A stretch of 64,000 nt of DNA from Sphyrna mokarran (taxonomy: Eukaryota). Under the pieces are notes generated by a model. That model was not told the origin of the DNA. It worked only from the letters and a program-made list of their open reading frames with translations, and searched no databases. Every line of letters starts with the position of its first letter. Position 1 is the stretch's first letter. This document shows positions 12,001 to 22,079 of this stretch, in pieces. The stretch is from the NCBI GenBank assembly GCA_024679065.1, contig JAGIQG010000003.1:32426001-32490000 (forward strand), in the 5' to 3' direction. The translations under genes were made by a program, and so were the position numbers.

Positions 12001-15000
12001 GTTAATATATTAACCAAGAAATAATATTCTGTATTTTGCAAACAATATTCTTATTAAAGGCACCAATGTACTTGAAGAATTTTAACAAGAAATAACCAGA
12101 TATATTCCCCTTTCCCTTTTCTGAGAAAAGCTTTCTTTTTAGTTAAAACAGCAACCTCACGGAAAGGCTTGTGTAATGGGGGCTTTTAGCCAGCAAAAGA
12201 TTGTGCTTGAACATTTTTTATACGTGCAAACTGAGGGAATTAATTTACTTGTATTGCTGGATGGGCATTGAACTCACCCTAATCGCCCAATTGATAGTTA
12301 AGTTTTCATACTTGATATGTACCATCTATAGTTTCCATGAGACTGTGTTTCAGTTGACAAAAACAATAGCCTTCACCAAAAAGGAAGCATCCTTAGCTTA
12401 TTTATGTTGGGTGAGAAAAGTGAGCACTGGCAAAGAGAATTTCAATAAGTTCTTCCCTTGCCCCTCAATATTTTTACAGAGTCTATTTACCTTAACACTG
12501 TACCTTTCGTTTGGCTTTAATTTGCTTAATAGCAGTGAGCACAAACTTTTAAAAATATTTTTACTTTATCTGCAGGCTTTATTGTGCAGACAATATATCA
12601 GGGCTTCCCAAACTGGGGCTCACAAGATGAGATTTTAGGATTGCGAGCTCTGAGGCAGTAATGACTACTATGATATAAGGAAAATGTGTGGACAGGCTTT
12701 GGGGTATGAAGTCCCTTTAAATCCTCTCTGTTTCTAGTGGTGGATGTGGCCTAATGGATAGATCTTTGAGGCCTGATTGCTGCTGTGAAAGAAAATCTGT
12801 GAAAAGATAGGTGTTTGTAAACCCTGAAGTGTAAATCATTCCCACCGCACTGAACACTCTCTCCCTGCTCACCCCATTATTTGTTTTTAACTTGGTTAAA
12901 ATAATTGCCAGAGTGCCTTGCTACGTTTTGTGGGTTGCAGCTATTCCCATCAATTTTTAAATCATGTGTACATTAAGTTCCTTAACCGGGCTACGTCTGC
13001 CAGCATATTCCAAGGCATGTTTTAGAAAACACATATGGAATTAACATCATCCGACCCAGAGAGGACGAAGATCCAGACAGGCACCCTACTTCTGAGGAAT
13101 TATTAAATGCCTATGGATGTAAGTATACAACAAATTATCAATTTGTATTCACATTGCATTTATATTGTGGAAAATGTTCACTTTAAGTCATTGTGTGGTT
13201 TTATAAGACTATTGGTAGTCTTGATTTTAATTTAGCATAAAACCCCATCTTCTGGAATTTTTAAGTATTTATTTACATTTGTTGCACCGTTTTGGACGTT
13301 CCGTATGTACATTTTCTTTCAGCCAATTCACTGAGAGTTTTGGAACAGGGTGCTGCCTCATCTGCAATAGACCATTAGGAAAGATGCAAGAATGGGGCTA
13401 ATAAACAATATTGTATTTTATGCCATTCCATTTCCTTTTGTGGGAAATATTTTTCTCATTCCCCATGCTTCCCACTTTCAAATCAGGAATTGATTGTAAA
13501 GGTCAATGAATATCATGTACAACATGTGCTACATATGTATATCAGTAGAATGGGAGGCCATAAATTAAAATTTAAGTGGTGAGTCATAGACTAGGATCGC
13601 ATTCTGGGCACAATTGGAATTTCTCATATTGGCTTCATTCCCAAAATCTGTGCTCCTGTAACAGTATATTCTTGACTTCTACCTGTTCTTTCCTCCTTTT
13701 ATGATTTGGTTCCGTGCTGCTAAGGGACTTATTTCTAGTTTTAACAAAAAAATCTGTACTCAAATTATTAACATGGCTCTTTATTTCAAATACCAATAGA
13801 CTTGTCTTTTGTACAAATCCTTTTTTTTTTGTTTATATGTAAAGACTGTACCTTGTGTTGCTATAGAATGTGCTCAAGTTGCCGTTTGATTTATCTTAAT
13901 AATGACCTAGTGCCTCCCAATGCTTCATTGAAGGAAAAGAGAATGTATTACTTTTGAGGTTGTTATATAGTAAACTTAGATCTGCCTCTTGAACCATAGA
14001 TTTACATACTGAGTTCCTAAGCGCCTTTGTCTTGTCTAGTCTACCTGAACGGATAAGAGAAGTTCGTCAAATCTCTTGGCTAACAATATTGTCAAAACTT
14101 AAATGTCATATTCTCAAAAAATTTTAATTTAATTTGGACATCTTAATTAGGTGGAGTATAATGTTATTAAGAGCATAATACTCCTAATACAGGAAAAGTC
14201 CAATAAAGAATTCAGTGATTCCATTAAACAACGTATTGCTATCTTACAGACATGAGAGGTTTCATGACTGCACATGGACAACCAGATCAACCTAGAGCAG
14301 CTCGTTATATCTTGAAAGATTATGTGACAGTAAGTAAACTTACTGTATAGTATTAATGTTTACATTCGTGAATGAATACATGCAAATGGATCTTGTTTTG
14401 CTGTCATATTGTAAAAAAAATGCTGAGATGATCATGTCTAGTTTACTGGGTATTTTCTTGCATACTAAGTTGCAAAACTAGTTGAACTGTTAAGTAACTG
14501 ATGAGCAGGGTATTAGATTTAGAGGAAAATATATTTCTCCAGGAATCAGTATTAAGACTCTTTTCATAAAGATTAACAACCTGTACTTGGTGATACAGAA
14601 TTTAATGTTAGTAGGTGAACATGAAGCTTGGAAATATAGTAAACAGTGAGGAGGATGGTAACAGACTTCAGGCAATGCAGTACTGAAGAAATGGGTCGAT
14701 GATATTTAATGCACAGAAGTGTGAAATTGTGCACTTCTGAAGGAAAAATGAAGGGAGCAATATAAATTAAATGTGCTGTTTTAAAGGGTATGTGGACTGA
14801 TGTTTGAAGGTGGAAGAACATTGTAGTAGGGAGGTTGAAAGAGGTTGTTTAAAATTGAGTGATTTTGATGAAGTAAATGAAAAGAATCTACTTCTAATGG
14901 CAGGTGGACAGATTTAAGGTAATTTTAAAAAGTCGGGGATAAGATGAGGTGGGGAGAGGAATTGTGACATGAACTATTATGATCTGGAAATCACTGCCTG

Positions 15001-17511
15001 AAAAGATGGTGAAAATGTATTCAATTATTACTGGACCCACATTTGGAAAAGAGCAATTTGAAAATAATTGCTTCTAATTGAAGTGAAGGATAATTCATAG
15101 GATCCTGACAGTGCAGGAGGAGGCCATTCTGCCCATCGAGTCTACATCGATCACAGCCCCACCACCCCTTTAGCCCCACGTATTTATCCTGCTAGTTCCC
15201 CTGACAGTAAGTAACAATTTAGCATGGCCATTCAATCTAACCTGCATGTCTTTAGACTGTGGGAGGAAACTGGAGCGCCTGGAGGAAACCTATGCAGACA
15301 CCAGGAGGATATGCAAATTCTGCACAGACAAGTACCCGAGGCTGGAATTGGTTCCGTTGGTTCCTGGCACTGAGGCAGCAGTGCTAACCACTGTACCACT
15401 GATGTCCCAATTCTTCAGCGTTCTTAAAACTATACATACAGGATGTGGATTTTGCTGGCTAGGCCAGCAATTACTTCCCATCCTGAATTGTCTTTGAGAA
15501 GATATGCTGGTGAGCTGCCTTTTTGAACTGCTGCAGTCCTGTGGTGTAGGTATACCCACAGTGCTATTAGGGAGAGAGTTCCAGAATTTTGACGACAGTG
15601 AAGGAATGGTGGTATATTTCAAAGTCGGGGTGGTGAGTGACTTGGAGGGGAACTTCCAAGTCGTGATGTTCTCATGTGTTTGCTGCCATTGCCCTTCAAG
15701 ATGGTAGCGGTCATGAGTTAGACTAAAACTTACTGAGCATTAAGTTGCACATAATTAAATTTTGTAATCCCATTTTTGTCTGTTTGCAATGATAGAAAAT
15801 TTTTCCAAAGCTTAAATTTTTACAGAAGTGTTCAGTTGTATTGTGGTTTAATTTTGAAATGAAGGCTACACAAGAAATATGATAGTTGGCAGATGGTCAT
15901 CTGAAAAAAGAATGGTTTTCCTTGCCACGTCTCACTCCAAATGTGCTTCACATGAAATTATTTACTTCGCATTTGCTTTTGATATGTTACCGAATACAGC
16001 AGTTGTTTTGCATCTGGCAATAAAGTCTGTAATCAAATATGAATAAATGTTCTACTTTGTTTTCTGTTTTAAATTCCAGGGCAAGCTGTTGTACTGCCAC
16101 TCTCCACCAGGCATTGATCCCGCTCTTTTCCAATACCAGCATTTTAAAGTTGAAAAATGTGCTGTTTTAGGTAATGAAAATGGTACACAGCTCAAAGGGA
16201 AACAACCTAAAGTGAAACAAATTGAAAATTATGTCGACACAAACTTCTTTCATCAGGTAAGAAAACACAGTAAGTATGATGTACATCATGAATGCACAGT
16301 TGTGGAATGGATTTCAAATACCAAGAGCCTGATATGAGTAAGAACAATGCAAGAAATGATTCCAAGCTTGTTGATCAAATGATTTGCATGTTCCTTGTAT
16401 TTTGACAAAACACTTTATATTGGGTTCCAGTTTGGATTGTGGTCTTCCCCAAAGATGCACTGAGGAATCCTCAAAAATTCCAAAAAAGAGTTTGCATGGC
16501 AATTGCTCAGAACTGCTAACTTTCCCAGGACAGTGACCTTGTGCTGGGAACCATCCAAAAATGTAATTTAAATTGCTAATTTCAGATGATTCTGCCAGAA
16601 CTGTACCAATACTTGGCCTGTCTTGAGAGACAATGGGTGCGTGCCAGTAGGTCATTGGAGTAACCTCTCCATGGGTTTCCATATATTCCAGGTGGAATAT
16701 ATAAATGGATGTTCTAGTTTGCCCTTCAGAACCTCTTTTCAGTCTTAGTGAGGTCCAAAGAAGTGCAAAGCATGACATTTGGTACCAGTTTGGCTGAAAG
16801 AGCTGCTGGAATATGCTCCATCAGTGGGCTCATGTGCACAGCATGGGTAATCCATCTTGCATGTCTTTTGGGTGGGACCACCTGCAAAACACACAGGAAT
16901 GGGGGAGAATGTGCAAAATCCACACAGACACTCAAGACTAGAATGCAGTCCAGGTCCCTGGAACTATGAGGCAATGTTGTTAAACCACCATACTGTCCCT
17001 TATACCGATAATTACCCAGAAAATGTTAGAATTAAAACCTTTTCTGACTAAGTACCCAGATTGTCACCTACAGAACTGATATGCTTCATGTAATTCTGAC
17101 TTTAGAAAATATCTCCTTGCAAGTATTACTGTAACCAGATTAAAATGGTTTCAAGATTGAGGTGCTTGGTTCCCCATTTGCAGAGTCCTTTTGCCAATGC
17201 TATCCTCAAACTTGGACTTTATTCTTCATTTTTGAGTGACAGCTTTAGTTGTGTAAATTGAACCAGTTTTGGTAACATTCTCAAAATTCTTGAAATTGAC
17301 TAATAAAATATATGTTGTGTGCTTGTAAAAGGAGAACATCCGTGCTTTGACAAAAGGAGTTCAAACAGCAATGGGATTAAAGTTTGGCATTAACCCAACA
17401 CCGATGACTGGAACAAGTGTGGAAAATGTATCAGCAAAACCATGGAAAAGGCATGGCAACAGGAACAAGAAGGAAAAATTACGGAGACTTTGTAAACACC
17501 TGGATGGGTGA
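1..17511 (+). CDS. LSG1: LSG1 large 60S subunit nuclear export GTPase 1, 5'-partial: join(<1..76,2301..2421,3635..3721,5221..5307,6098..6158,8808..8984,9775..10218,11175..11276,11808..11951,12995..13118,14250..14329,16080..16256,17332..17511)
   Basis: Exons sum to 1860 nt (619 aa + stop) in one open frame. Circularly permuted GTPase motifs appear in the order G4 NKAD, G5 WSA, G1 GYPNVGKS, G2 TPGHTKHFQ, G3 DCPG. Recognisable LSG1 segments include QSVTEQSTLDEFLATAELAGTEFVAEKLN, LTPFERNLDFWRQLWRVIERSD and KPWKRHGNRNKKEK. Confidence 0.97.
682..843. mobile_element. Short palindromic (fold-back) element, probably Penelope-terminus-derived, with a 12-bp target-site duplication
   Basis: Inverted arms 704-730 and 739-765 (25/27); flanking AATTAAGGACCC at 682-693 and 832-843; same family as 40437-40688. 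Confidence 0.75.
880..1087 (+). mobile_element. 3' end fragment of a Rex1/Babar-like LINE
   Basis: Encodes NSFFPAAIRVLN, typical of the Rex1-type ORF end; tail ATGTGACAATAAATCAAA. Confidence 0.6.
2301..2421 (+). CDS. LSG1: LSG1 exon EKLNVKIVSAEDRSGLLTTEESKRIKKLQDENKQFLCIPRR
   Basis: Acceptor ttgatAG at 2299-2300; donor GTGAG at 2422; phases match neighbours. Confidence 0.95.
3075..3452 (+). mobile_element. Degenerate L2-like LINE fragment
   Basis: C/T-rich decayed RT C-terminal sequence (…tattccaat…aaattctgttgcccgtgtctta…). Confidence 0.4.
3635..3721 (+). CDS. LSG1: LSG1 exon PYWDENTAAEELQQAERESFLEWRRQLAQ
   Basis: Acceptor atAG at 3633-3634; donor GTGAGT at 3722. Confidence 0.95.
3978..4262 (+). 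mobile_element. tRNA-derived V-SINE (HE1-like), tail type A
   Basis: Head ...tgctgcctcac..ccagggaccc; core tgtgtggagtttgcacgttctcccc; tail ...ttcattgcagtgt..cttgtggcactaat. Confidence 0.85.
4577..4622 (+). pseudogene. Decayed partial duplicate of the LSG1 exon at 3635-3721
   Basis: 42/46 identity to 3676-3721; CAG to TAA in-frame stop; GT donor lost. Confidence 0.85.
5221..5307 (+). CDS. LSG1: LSG1 exon LEEEKNLILTPFERNLDFWRQLWRVIERS
   Basis: Acceptor tccAG at 5219-5220; donor GTATG at 5308. Confidence 0.96.
6098..6158 (+). CDS. LSG1: LSG1 exon DIIVQIVDARNPLLFRCEDL
   Basis: Pyrimidine tract plus tgcAG; donor GTAAGT at 6159; DAR motif of circularly permuted GTPases. Confidence 0.96.
6765..7300 (-). 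mobile_element. Fragment of a second CR1-clade LINE family (family D)
   Basis: Shares ...gattcccattgactcc...tcacctcacct..gga.ttcag with 23820-23975. Confidence 0.6.
7880..8175 (+). mobile_element. CR1/HER1-like LINE 3' fragment
   Basis: Decayed RTRGH.LK...FS.R.WN.L.E.VV.A motif; tail tggccttctacactg..attctatgattc. Confidence 0.7.
8808..8984 (+). CDS. LSG1: LSG1 exon with G4 (NKAD) and G5 (WSA) motifs
   Basis: ECYVKEVQKDKDNMILLNKADLL...FWSATAEGKRLDAEAK; acceptor cctAG; donor GTAAGT at 8985. Confidence 0.96.
9086..9388 (-). mobile_element. V-SINE (HE1-like) with CR1/HER1-type tail
   Basis: Reverse complement of the SINE head and core; starts with tagaaatcatag...cagtgcagaagaaggccattc. Confidence 0.8.
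9535..9645 (+). mobile_element. Penelope-like terminal repeat fragment with a hammerhead-like core
   Basis: CTGAGGA-a-gaagc-agc-gctcc-GAAA at 9543-9567; homologous to 38557-38716 in reverse. Confidence 0.6.
9775..10218 (+). CDS. LSG1: LSG1 exon encoding the acidic insert through ...DDEITVGL
   Basis: 444-nt open frame; acceptor cttAG at 9773-9774; donor GTGAGT at 10219. Confidence 0.9.
11175..11276 (+). CDS. LSG1: LSG1 exon with P-loop G1 and G2: VGYPNVGKSSTINTILQNKKVSVSATPGHTKHFQ
   Basis: Walker A GxxxxGKS; acceptor atAG; donor GTAA at 11277. Confidence 0.97.
11808..11951 (+). CDS. LSG1: LSG1 exon with G3 (DCPG), ending at a U12 AT donor
   Basis: TLYVEPGLCLCDCPGLVMPTFVSTKAEMVCSGILPIDQMRDHVPPVSL followed directly by ATATCCTTT. 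Confidence 0.95.
11952..12994 (+). other. U12-type (minor spliceosome) AT-AC intron of LSG1
   Basis: 5' site ATATCCTTT at 11952; consensus branch TTCCTTAAC at 12978-12986; terminal AC at 12993-12994; removal joins PPVSL to VCQHIPRHVLE in frame. Confidence 0.95.
12995..13118 (+). CDS. LSG1: LSG1 exon VCQHIPRHVLENTYGINIIRPREDEDPDRHPTSEELLNAYG
   Basis: Follows the AC acceptor; donor GTAAGT at 13119. Confidence 0.95.
14250..14329 (+). CDS. LSG1: LSG1 exon YMRGFMTAHGQPDQPRAARYILKDYVT
   Basis: Acceptor tacAG; donor GTAAGT at 14330. Confidence 0.96.
14690..15060 (+). mobile_element. Degenerate CR1 LINE fragment
   Basis: Patchy similarity to the long CR1 copy at 51945-53925. Confidence 0.5.
15096..15402 (-). 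mobile_element. V-SINE (HE1-like) with CR1-type tail
   Basis: cataggatcc..cagtgcaggaggaggccattc ... gcagcagtgctaaccactg. Confidence 0.85.
15438..15715 (-). mobile_element. Family D LINE 3' end
   Basis: ggatgtgg..gctggctaggccagca...ctgcagtcc..tggtgtaggta; same as 22830-23120 and 46015-46290. Confidence 0.75.
16080..16256 (+). CDS. LSG1: LSG1 exon GKLLYCHSPPGIDP...VDTNFFHQ
   Basis: Acceptor tccAG; donor GTAAG at 16257. Confidence 0.95.
16840..16997 (-). mobile_element. Degenerate V-SINE fragment
   Basis: ggggagaatgtgcaaaatccacacagaca...ccaggtccctgg. Confidence 0.6.
17332..17511 (+). CDS. LSG1: LSG1 last coding exon ENIRALTKGVQ...KPWKRHGNRNKKEKLRRLCKHLDG*
   Basis: AAG acceptor at 17329-17331 with an upstream TGACTAAT branch-like sequence; stop TGA at 17509-17511. 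Confidence 0.94.
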   Translation, partial: ENIRALTKGVQTAMGLKFGINPTPMTGTSVENVSAKPWKRHGNRNKKEKLRRLCKHLDG

Positions 17512-17777
17512 ACTTCACTTGCTATCATTTGGGTACTTACCCTAATTAGTTGAATATAACATGGACATTAGATTACTGGAGAATATGCAGCAAGTCGTGA
17601 GGAAAAGTAATGTGTTATACAATACATGCTGAATAAGAGAGACACCCTTATGAAATACATCTTGAAGTAATTCATCGTGATTCACTTGGAATTTCCCATC
17701 TATCTTCTGTGCAGAATTTGTTATAATATCGTTTTTTAAATCTTTTTCAAAGATGTGAATACATGATCCTGCTGTTG

Positions 17778-17805
17778 AATAAAGCGGTAAAGAATACAAA
17801 ATAAA
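17778..17805 (+). terminator. Candidate LSG1 polyadenylation signals (AATAAA x2)
   Basis: AATAAA at 17778-17783 and 17800-17805, followed by a TG/T-rich tract from about 17820. Confidence 0.6.
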
Positions 17806-18477
17806 TATGCATGTATCACTTGGCTTCTGTTATTTTGATCTGTGTTTGATATGTGAAATTTCTTAAAAATGGTTACGTTGACTCACTGTTTAAAAAAATG
17901 GTTACGTTCAGCACTAAAATGTACTGAAGATGACCTAATCTCCATATTTTACAATTAGCAATGGAATGGAGTTTCACTACCTCTTAAACAGGTTATGCTA
18001 GATGAGTAAGATTTTATTTGGAGTTTATGCTATTGAATGTCAGATTTGGTTGACATTTACTTCCTCTTGTAGTCACTGTATTAATGTGGCTGGTCCAGAA
18101 AACAAGGATGAGAATTTCAAAATTGAAGCATTATCAAATGGGGAGCCAGTAAACATTAAGGATAAGGGTCATGGGAACAGCTTGGAGCAAGTTAAGATAT
18201 GGGCAGTAGAGTTTATCAAGAATTACATAAGATACAGACAAGTTAGGCCTAACCTGCCCACATGGAGTTTATGCTGTACTCAAACTTCTTGATACCTCTT
18301 AAATTCATAATTGGATTTCTTAGCAACTATATTGTATGGTCTTTAATTATGATCTTCACCTCGAGAGGCCACATAACTTTAAAGAACTCTATTTGGCTCT
18401 TAGATGAATATGGGAAGCAGGTCAGAACAGTATTAGAATCATCAAGCCTAGCGCTAATAAAAATGTGGGTAATGGTT

Positions 18478-18902
18478 TCATAAAACATAGAACATTACAG
18501 CGCAGTACAGGCCCTCCAGCCCTCTGTTGCGCTGACCAGTGGAACGAATGTAAAGACCCTTTAACCTAAACTAATTCCAATATTATCCATATGTCTATCT
18601 GATGACCATTTGAATGCCCTTAAAGTTGGCAAGTCTACTACTGCTGCAGGCAGGCATTCCATGCTCTTACTACCCTCTGAGTAAAGAATCCACCTCTGAC
18701 ATCTGTCCTATATTTATCACCCCTTAATTTAAAGCTTTTGTGTTAGCCATCACCATCAGAGGAAAAAGGCTCTCACTGTATACCCTATCTAATCTTCTGA
18801 TTATCTTGTATGCCTCAATTAAGTCACTTCAACCCTTTTTCTAACAAAAACAAGTCCCTCAGCCTTACCTCAAGACCTTCCCATCAAAGCAGGCAACATC
18901 CT
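18478..18902 (-). mobile_element. CR1 LINE 3' fragment
   Basis: catagaacattacagcgcagtacaggccc tail plus reverse-complemented ORF2 end. Confidence 0.75.
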
Positions 18903-19224
18903 GATGAGCTGATCTAGTGGCTGGTGAGATAAGGCAGGGTTTAATTGAGTTTCACTGCTCTGGTGGAAGTAGGAAATTGTGGTGATGCAGATTTGTGAAA
19001 CCACACAAATGATATAGTTGTTAAATAAAAATTATTAACTGAAACTTACTGTGTGCTGAAAAAGACAGGAGCATCACTATTTGGTTGGAATGCACTATAT
19101 GACTCTTGGTTGGAAAAGTAGCTATGTGAAGCTGAACTGTAGTTATTTTGATTCTTGGGTGTTTAGTATTTATGCCTTGTATTGTCTTTAATCTAGATAT
19201 TTATAATATATTTCTGAATTTGGG

Positions 19225-19396
19225 AAATCTGGCACCATTCTTTCACTGTCACTGGGTCAAAAATCTTGGACCTCTGCCCTGAACCATATTCTTAGCAGTG
19301 GCTCAAGAAGGCAGCTTACCACAGCCTCCAAGGAGAATTAGGGATGGGCAGTAATGCTGGCCCAGCCAGTGATGCTCACATCCCATGAATGAATAA
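19225..19396 (+). mobile_element. Family D LINE 3' tail
   Basis: ...aattagggatgggca.taatgctggcccagccagtgatgctcacatcccatgaatgaataaa. Confidence 0.75.
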
Positions 19397-20079
19397 ACAT
19401 ATTGGTGGTATATTGTTAGTTCACTTGCAGTTGCTGAGGTGCGATATGATTTCTGACTTATATTTGTAATACAAAAGTACAAGCATTGCATCATTTAGCC
19501 ATGATTGATTTCTATGATATTTAGAGTGTTCATATTGGTTAGAATGCTGCATTCAATTTAAGTTTGTGGTTTCCTATTAAATAAAGAGAAAATAACAGTG
19601 AAAGAAGCTTTGACAAATCAACATTGGACGAGTGGAATCTTGTATTTTTTTCTTTCAATTTGAGCTGAGCAAATTTCATTTCTCCAGCATCTGGATTGTG
19701 AATTCAATTTTTAAATTCAAAATTCTCGATTACTTTCCTGGATCATTTAGTTCTTAAAATAAATCTTCACATTATTGATTAAAAGACAAAAAAATCATGA
19801 ACGGTTCCAGATTTTATTCCTATTCTTGTTTAGTAGCTTAATTATATTAGTTGTGCGTTTTTGTGTTCTAAATGGCAGAGTGGTAGTCCTAATAATTAAT
19901 CTCTACTCTGGGAAAGTGTGACTTATTTCAAAAAAGTATGATACTCTCTTGAGTTGTGAGCATGGAGCTGAATAAATACTCGAGGGAAATTTTGCTGGGT
20001 TATGGGGAAAGGACCTGAGAGTGAGATTTATTGGATAACACAAAGAGGCATGATGAACAGAATAATTTCCTGTATTGTA

Positions 20080-20368
20080 CAGAATCCTTACACTGCAGAG
20101 GGAAGCCAATTGATCCACCAAGTCCACACCACCACAATTCCACCCAGGCTCTATTTCCATAACCCCTCACATTTACTAATTTGCTAATCCCCTGACACTA
20201 GCATAACCAACCTTCATCTCTTTGGATTCTGGGAGGAAATTGGAGCACCCAGAAGAAACCCATGTAGACATGAGAATGTGCAAACCACACAGACGGTGAC
20301 CCGAGGCTGGAATTGAACCCAGGTCCCCGGCACTGAGGCAGCAGTACTAACTGTGCCAGCATGCTGTC
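20080..20368 (-). mobile_element. V-SINE (HE1-like)
   Basis: gggaggaaattggagcacccagaagaaaccca...ggaattgaacccaggtccc. Confidence 0.8.
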
Positions 20369-20391
20369 CTATCATTATGTGATTATATGAT

Positions 20392-21030
20392 GACAGATGA
20401 AATTTAATTCAAAAAGGTATGAAGTGATTCATTTTTGTTGGAAGATTAAAAGAGAATACAATTATTTTAATGGGACGGAGGCAGAAACAGTAATATCTGG
20501 AGATTTCATTCTCAAGTCTTTGAAGATAACAGAACAAGTTGAGAAGGCTGGTAAAAGACCTGGAATCCGTGGCTTTATGAATACTGTGAAGTATGAAAGA
20601 AAGGAAATTATGCTAAATGAAAATAAAATATGAATTAGTCCCCAGCTGGGCTTCTGTGTCAATTTTTAGGCATAGTACAGATGTCAAGGATTCAGAGAGA
20701 GGGCAGAGATATCCTAGATTGATATCAGGGATGAAAGACTTCAGTTATTGGAAGTGATCAGAGAAACTGGCACTGTTTTCCTTGGAGTAGAGAAGGTTGA
20801 GAAGAGATTTGGTACAAGTTTTCAAAATCTTGAAGGTTTTTGGTGGAGTAAATAAGGAAGATCTACTGCTAGGGACTGAAAGATCAACAATCAGTTTTAA
20901 GGTATTTGGCAAAAGAACCGGGGTGATTGAGAGAGAAAAAAATACATTGCATCTTTGTTAAAGTCAAGAATGTGGTGCCTGATTGATGCACTTGCAAAAG
21001 GCAATTTGATAAAGCTTTGAGAAGAACAAA
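20392..21030 (+). mobile_element. Degenerate CR1 LINE ORF2 fragment
   Basis: QMKFNSKRYEVIHF motif (cf. CR1 WQMxFNxxKCEVxHFG); many frameshifts. Confidence 0.65.
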
Positions 21031-21044
21031 AAAAAATTGGGAGC

Positions 21045-21175
21045 AGCCCTAAGAGTCATCCCGATTTGAAACATTGGCTCTATTCTCTGTCCACAGCTGT
21101 CAGACCTGTTGAGATTTTCCAGCATTTTCTATTTTTGTTTCAGATTCTAGTATCTGCAGTTATTTGCTTTTATTA
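21045..21175 (+). mobile_element. Single arm of the palindromic Penelope-like element
   Basis: ctgtcagacctgttgagattttccagcattttc...tttcagattc, as at 40600-40670. Confidence 0.7.
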
Positions 21176-21409
21176 TAGTGGGAGTAATTGTTACTACTTG
21201 AAGAAAAACTGGCATAGAACCATATGGTCTCCCATACTCGATTACACTGTTTCTTACCCCTTCGAAATGTTGTTGGAATAACAGGAGTCATCTCTTGGGT
21301 GAAGTGCAGGAAGATTCCTTGCTGATTACAAAGTGGGGGTGAGGGTGGAAGATTACAAGTTGAAAACTTGGAAGGATGTTTGAACTGGGAGGTGCCTTTA
21401 AGAGCTTTG

Positions 21410-21880
21410 AGTAAGCGCCTGGTTTCTTCCCGGAACTTGCCCGTTTTCAGTGGAGAAGTTTGTTCAGAGTGGAAGGGGTTGTTGAGTGGAGTGTAGGGGA
21501 TGTTTTGTACGGACAGTATTAGGATGGTTGCGTTGTGATTTGGGTAGTGACAGAAGTGGGAGGAGAGGGGAGGGGGGAAATGCAGTGCCCCGTGCTCGGT
21601 ATTCACTCTGCGCCTTTACAAGTTGCCTTGAAGAAAGCTCCGAGTCACCAGGAAGAGGCGGCGGTAACTCCCCAGCCAGCGAGCAGTGGCGATTAAACCA
21701 GCTCAGCGTCAACCTGGGTGGGGGGCACTCTGTACCCAGTTAGGCCACTTGAGCATTCCACATTGGCCGGTGCCCAGAGGTTGGGTTTTATTCTGTAGGC
21801 GGATTGAGGAAGGTGTGGTGAATGAGAGCTGCCCACGTTGAGGGCAATGACTTTCTGAGCGAAGGAATTTCCTGGAGTGG
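21410..21880 (+). promoter_or_regulatory. Probable TMEM44 promoter / 5' leader region
   Basis: Local rise in GC and CpG content against a CpG-poor background; ETS-like CCGGAA near 21430; inverted CCAAT (ATTGG) near 21762; lies immediately upstream of coding exon 1. Transcription start not determinable. Confidence 0.5.
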
Positions 21881-21882
21881 GG

Positions 21883-22079
21883 ATGGGATCAGCCGCCGAC
21901 AGCGAGCAGCAGACAGCAGCAGCAGCAACAACAACAACTCGGAGCAATGGGACGCCGACTGCATTATCTCCCCTGTGGAACTGGAATTACTGGATCAACT
22001 GCTTCATACAGGAGAAAGTTTGCATTTCCTTCGCAGTCTGGCTTTTATCACTGCTATTCTGGGTCATCGCTCACATTGT
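21883..22079 (+). CDS. TMEM44: TMEM44 coding exon 1 [66 protein letters not shown]
   Basis: ATG in good context (GGGATGG) with an in-frame stop upstream; donor GTAAGT at 22080. Confidence 0.88.

Noticed and set aside
12201-12638. 145-aa ORF inside the LSG1 AT-AC intron
   Set aside because: Non-ATG start, no recognisable motif, composition typical of AT-rich intron
16314-16778. 154-aa minus-strand ORF, the longest in the track
   Set aside because: Intronic, no domain resemblance, no splice-consistent partner exons
21693-21947. Minus-strand ORF with a signal-peptide-like start ([21 protein letters not shown])
   Set aside because: It is the antisense reading of the TMEM44 exon 1 trinucleotide repeat, it starts at TTG, and nothing else supports it
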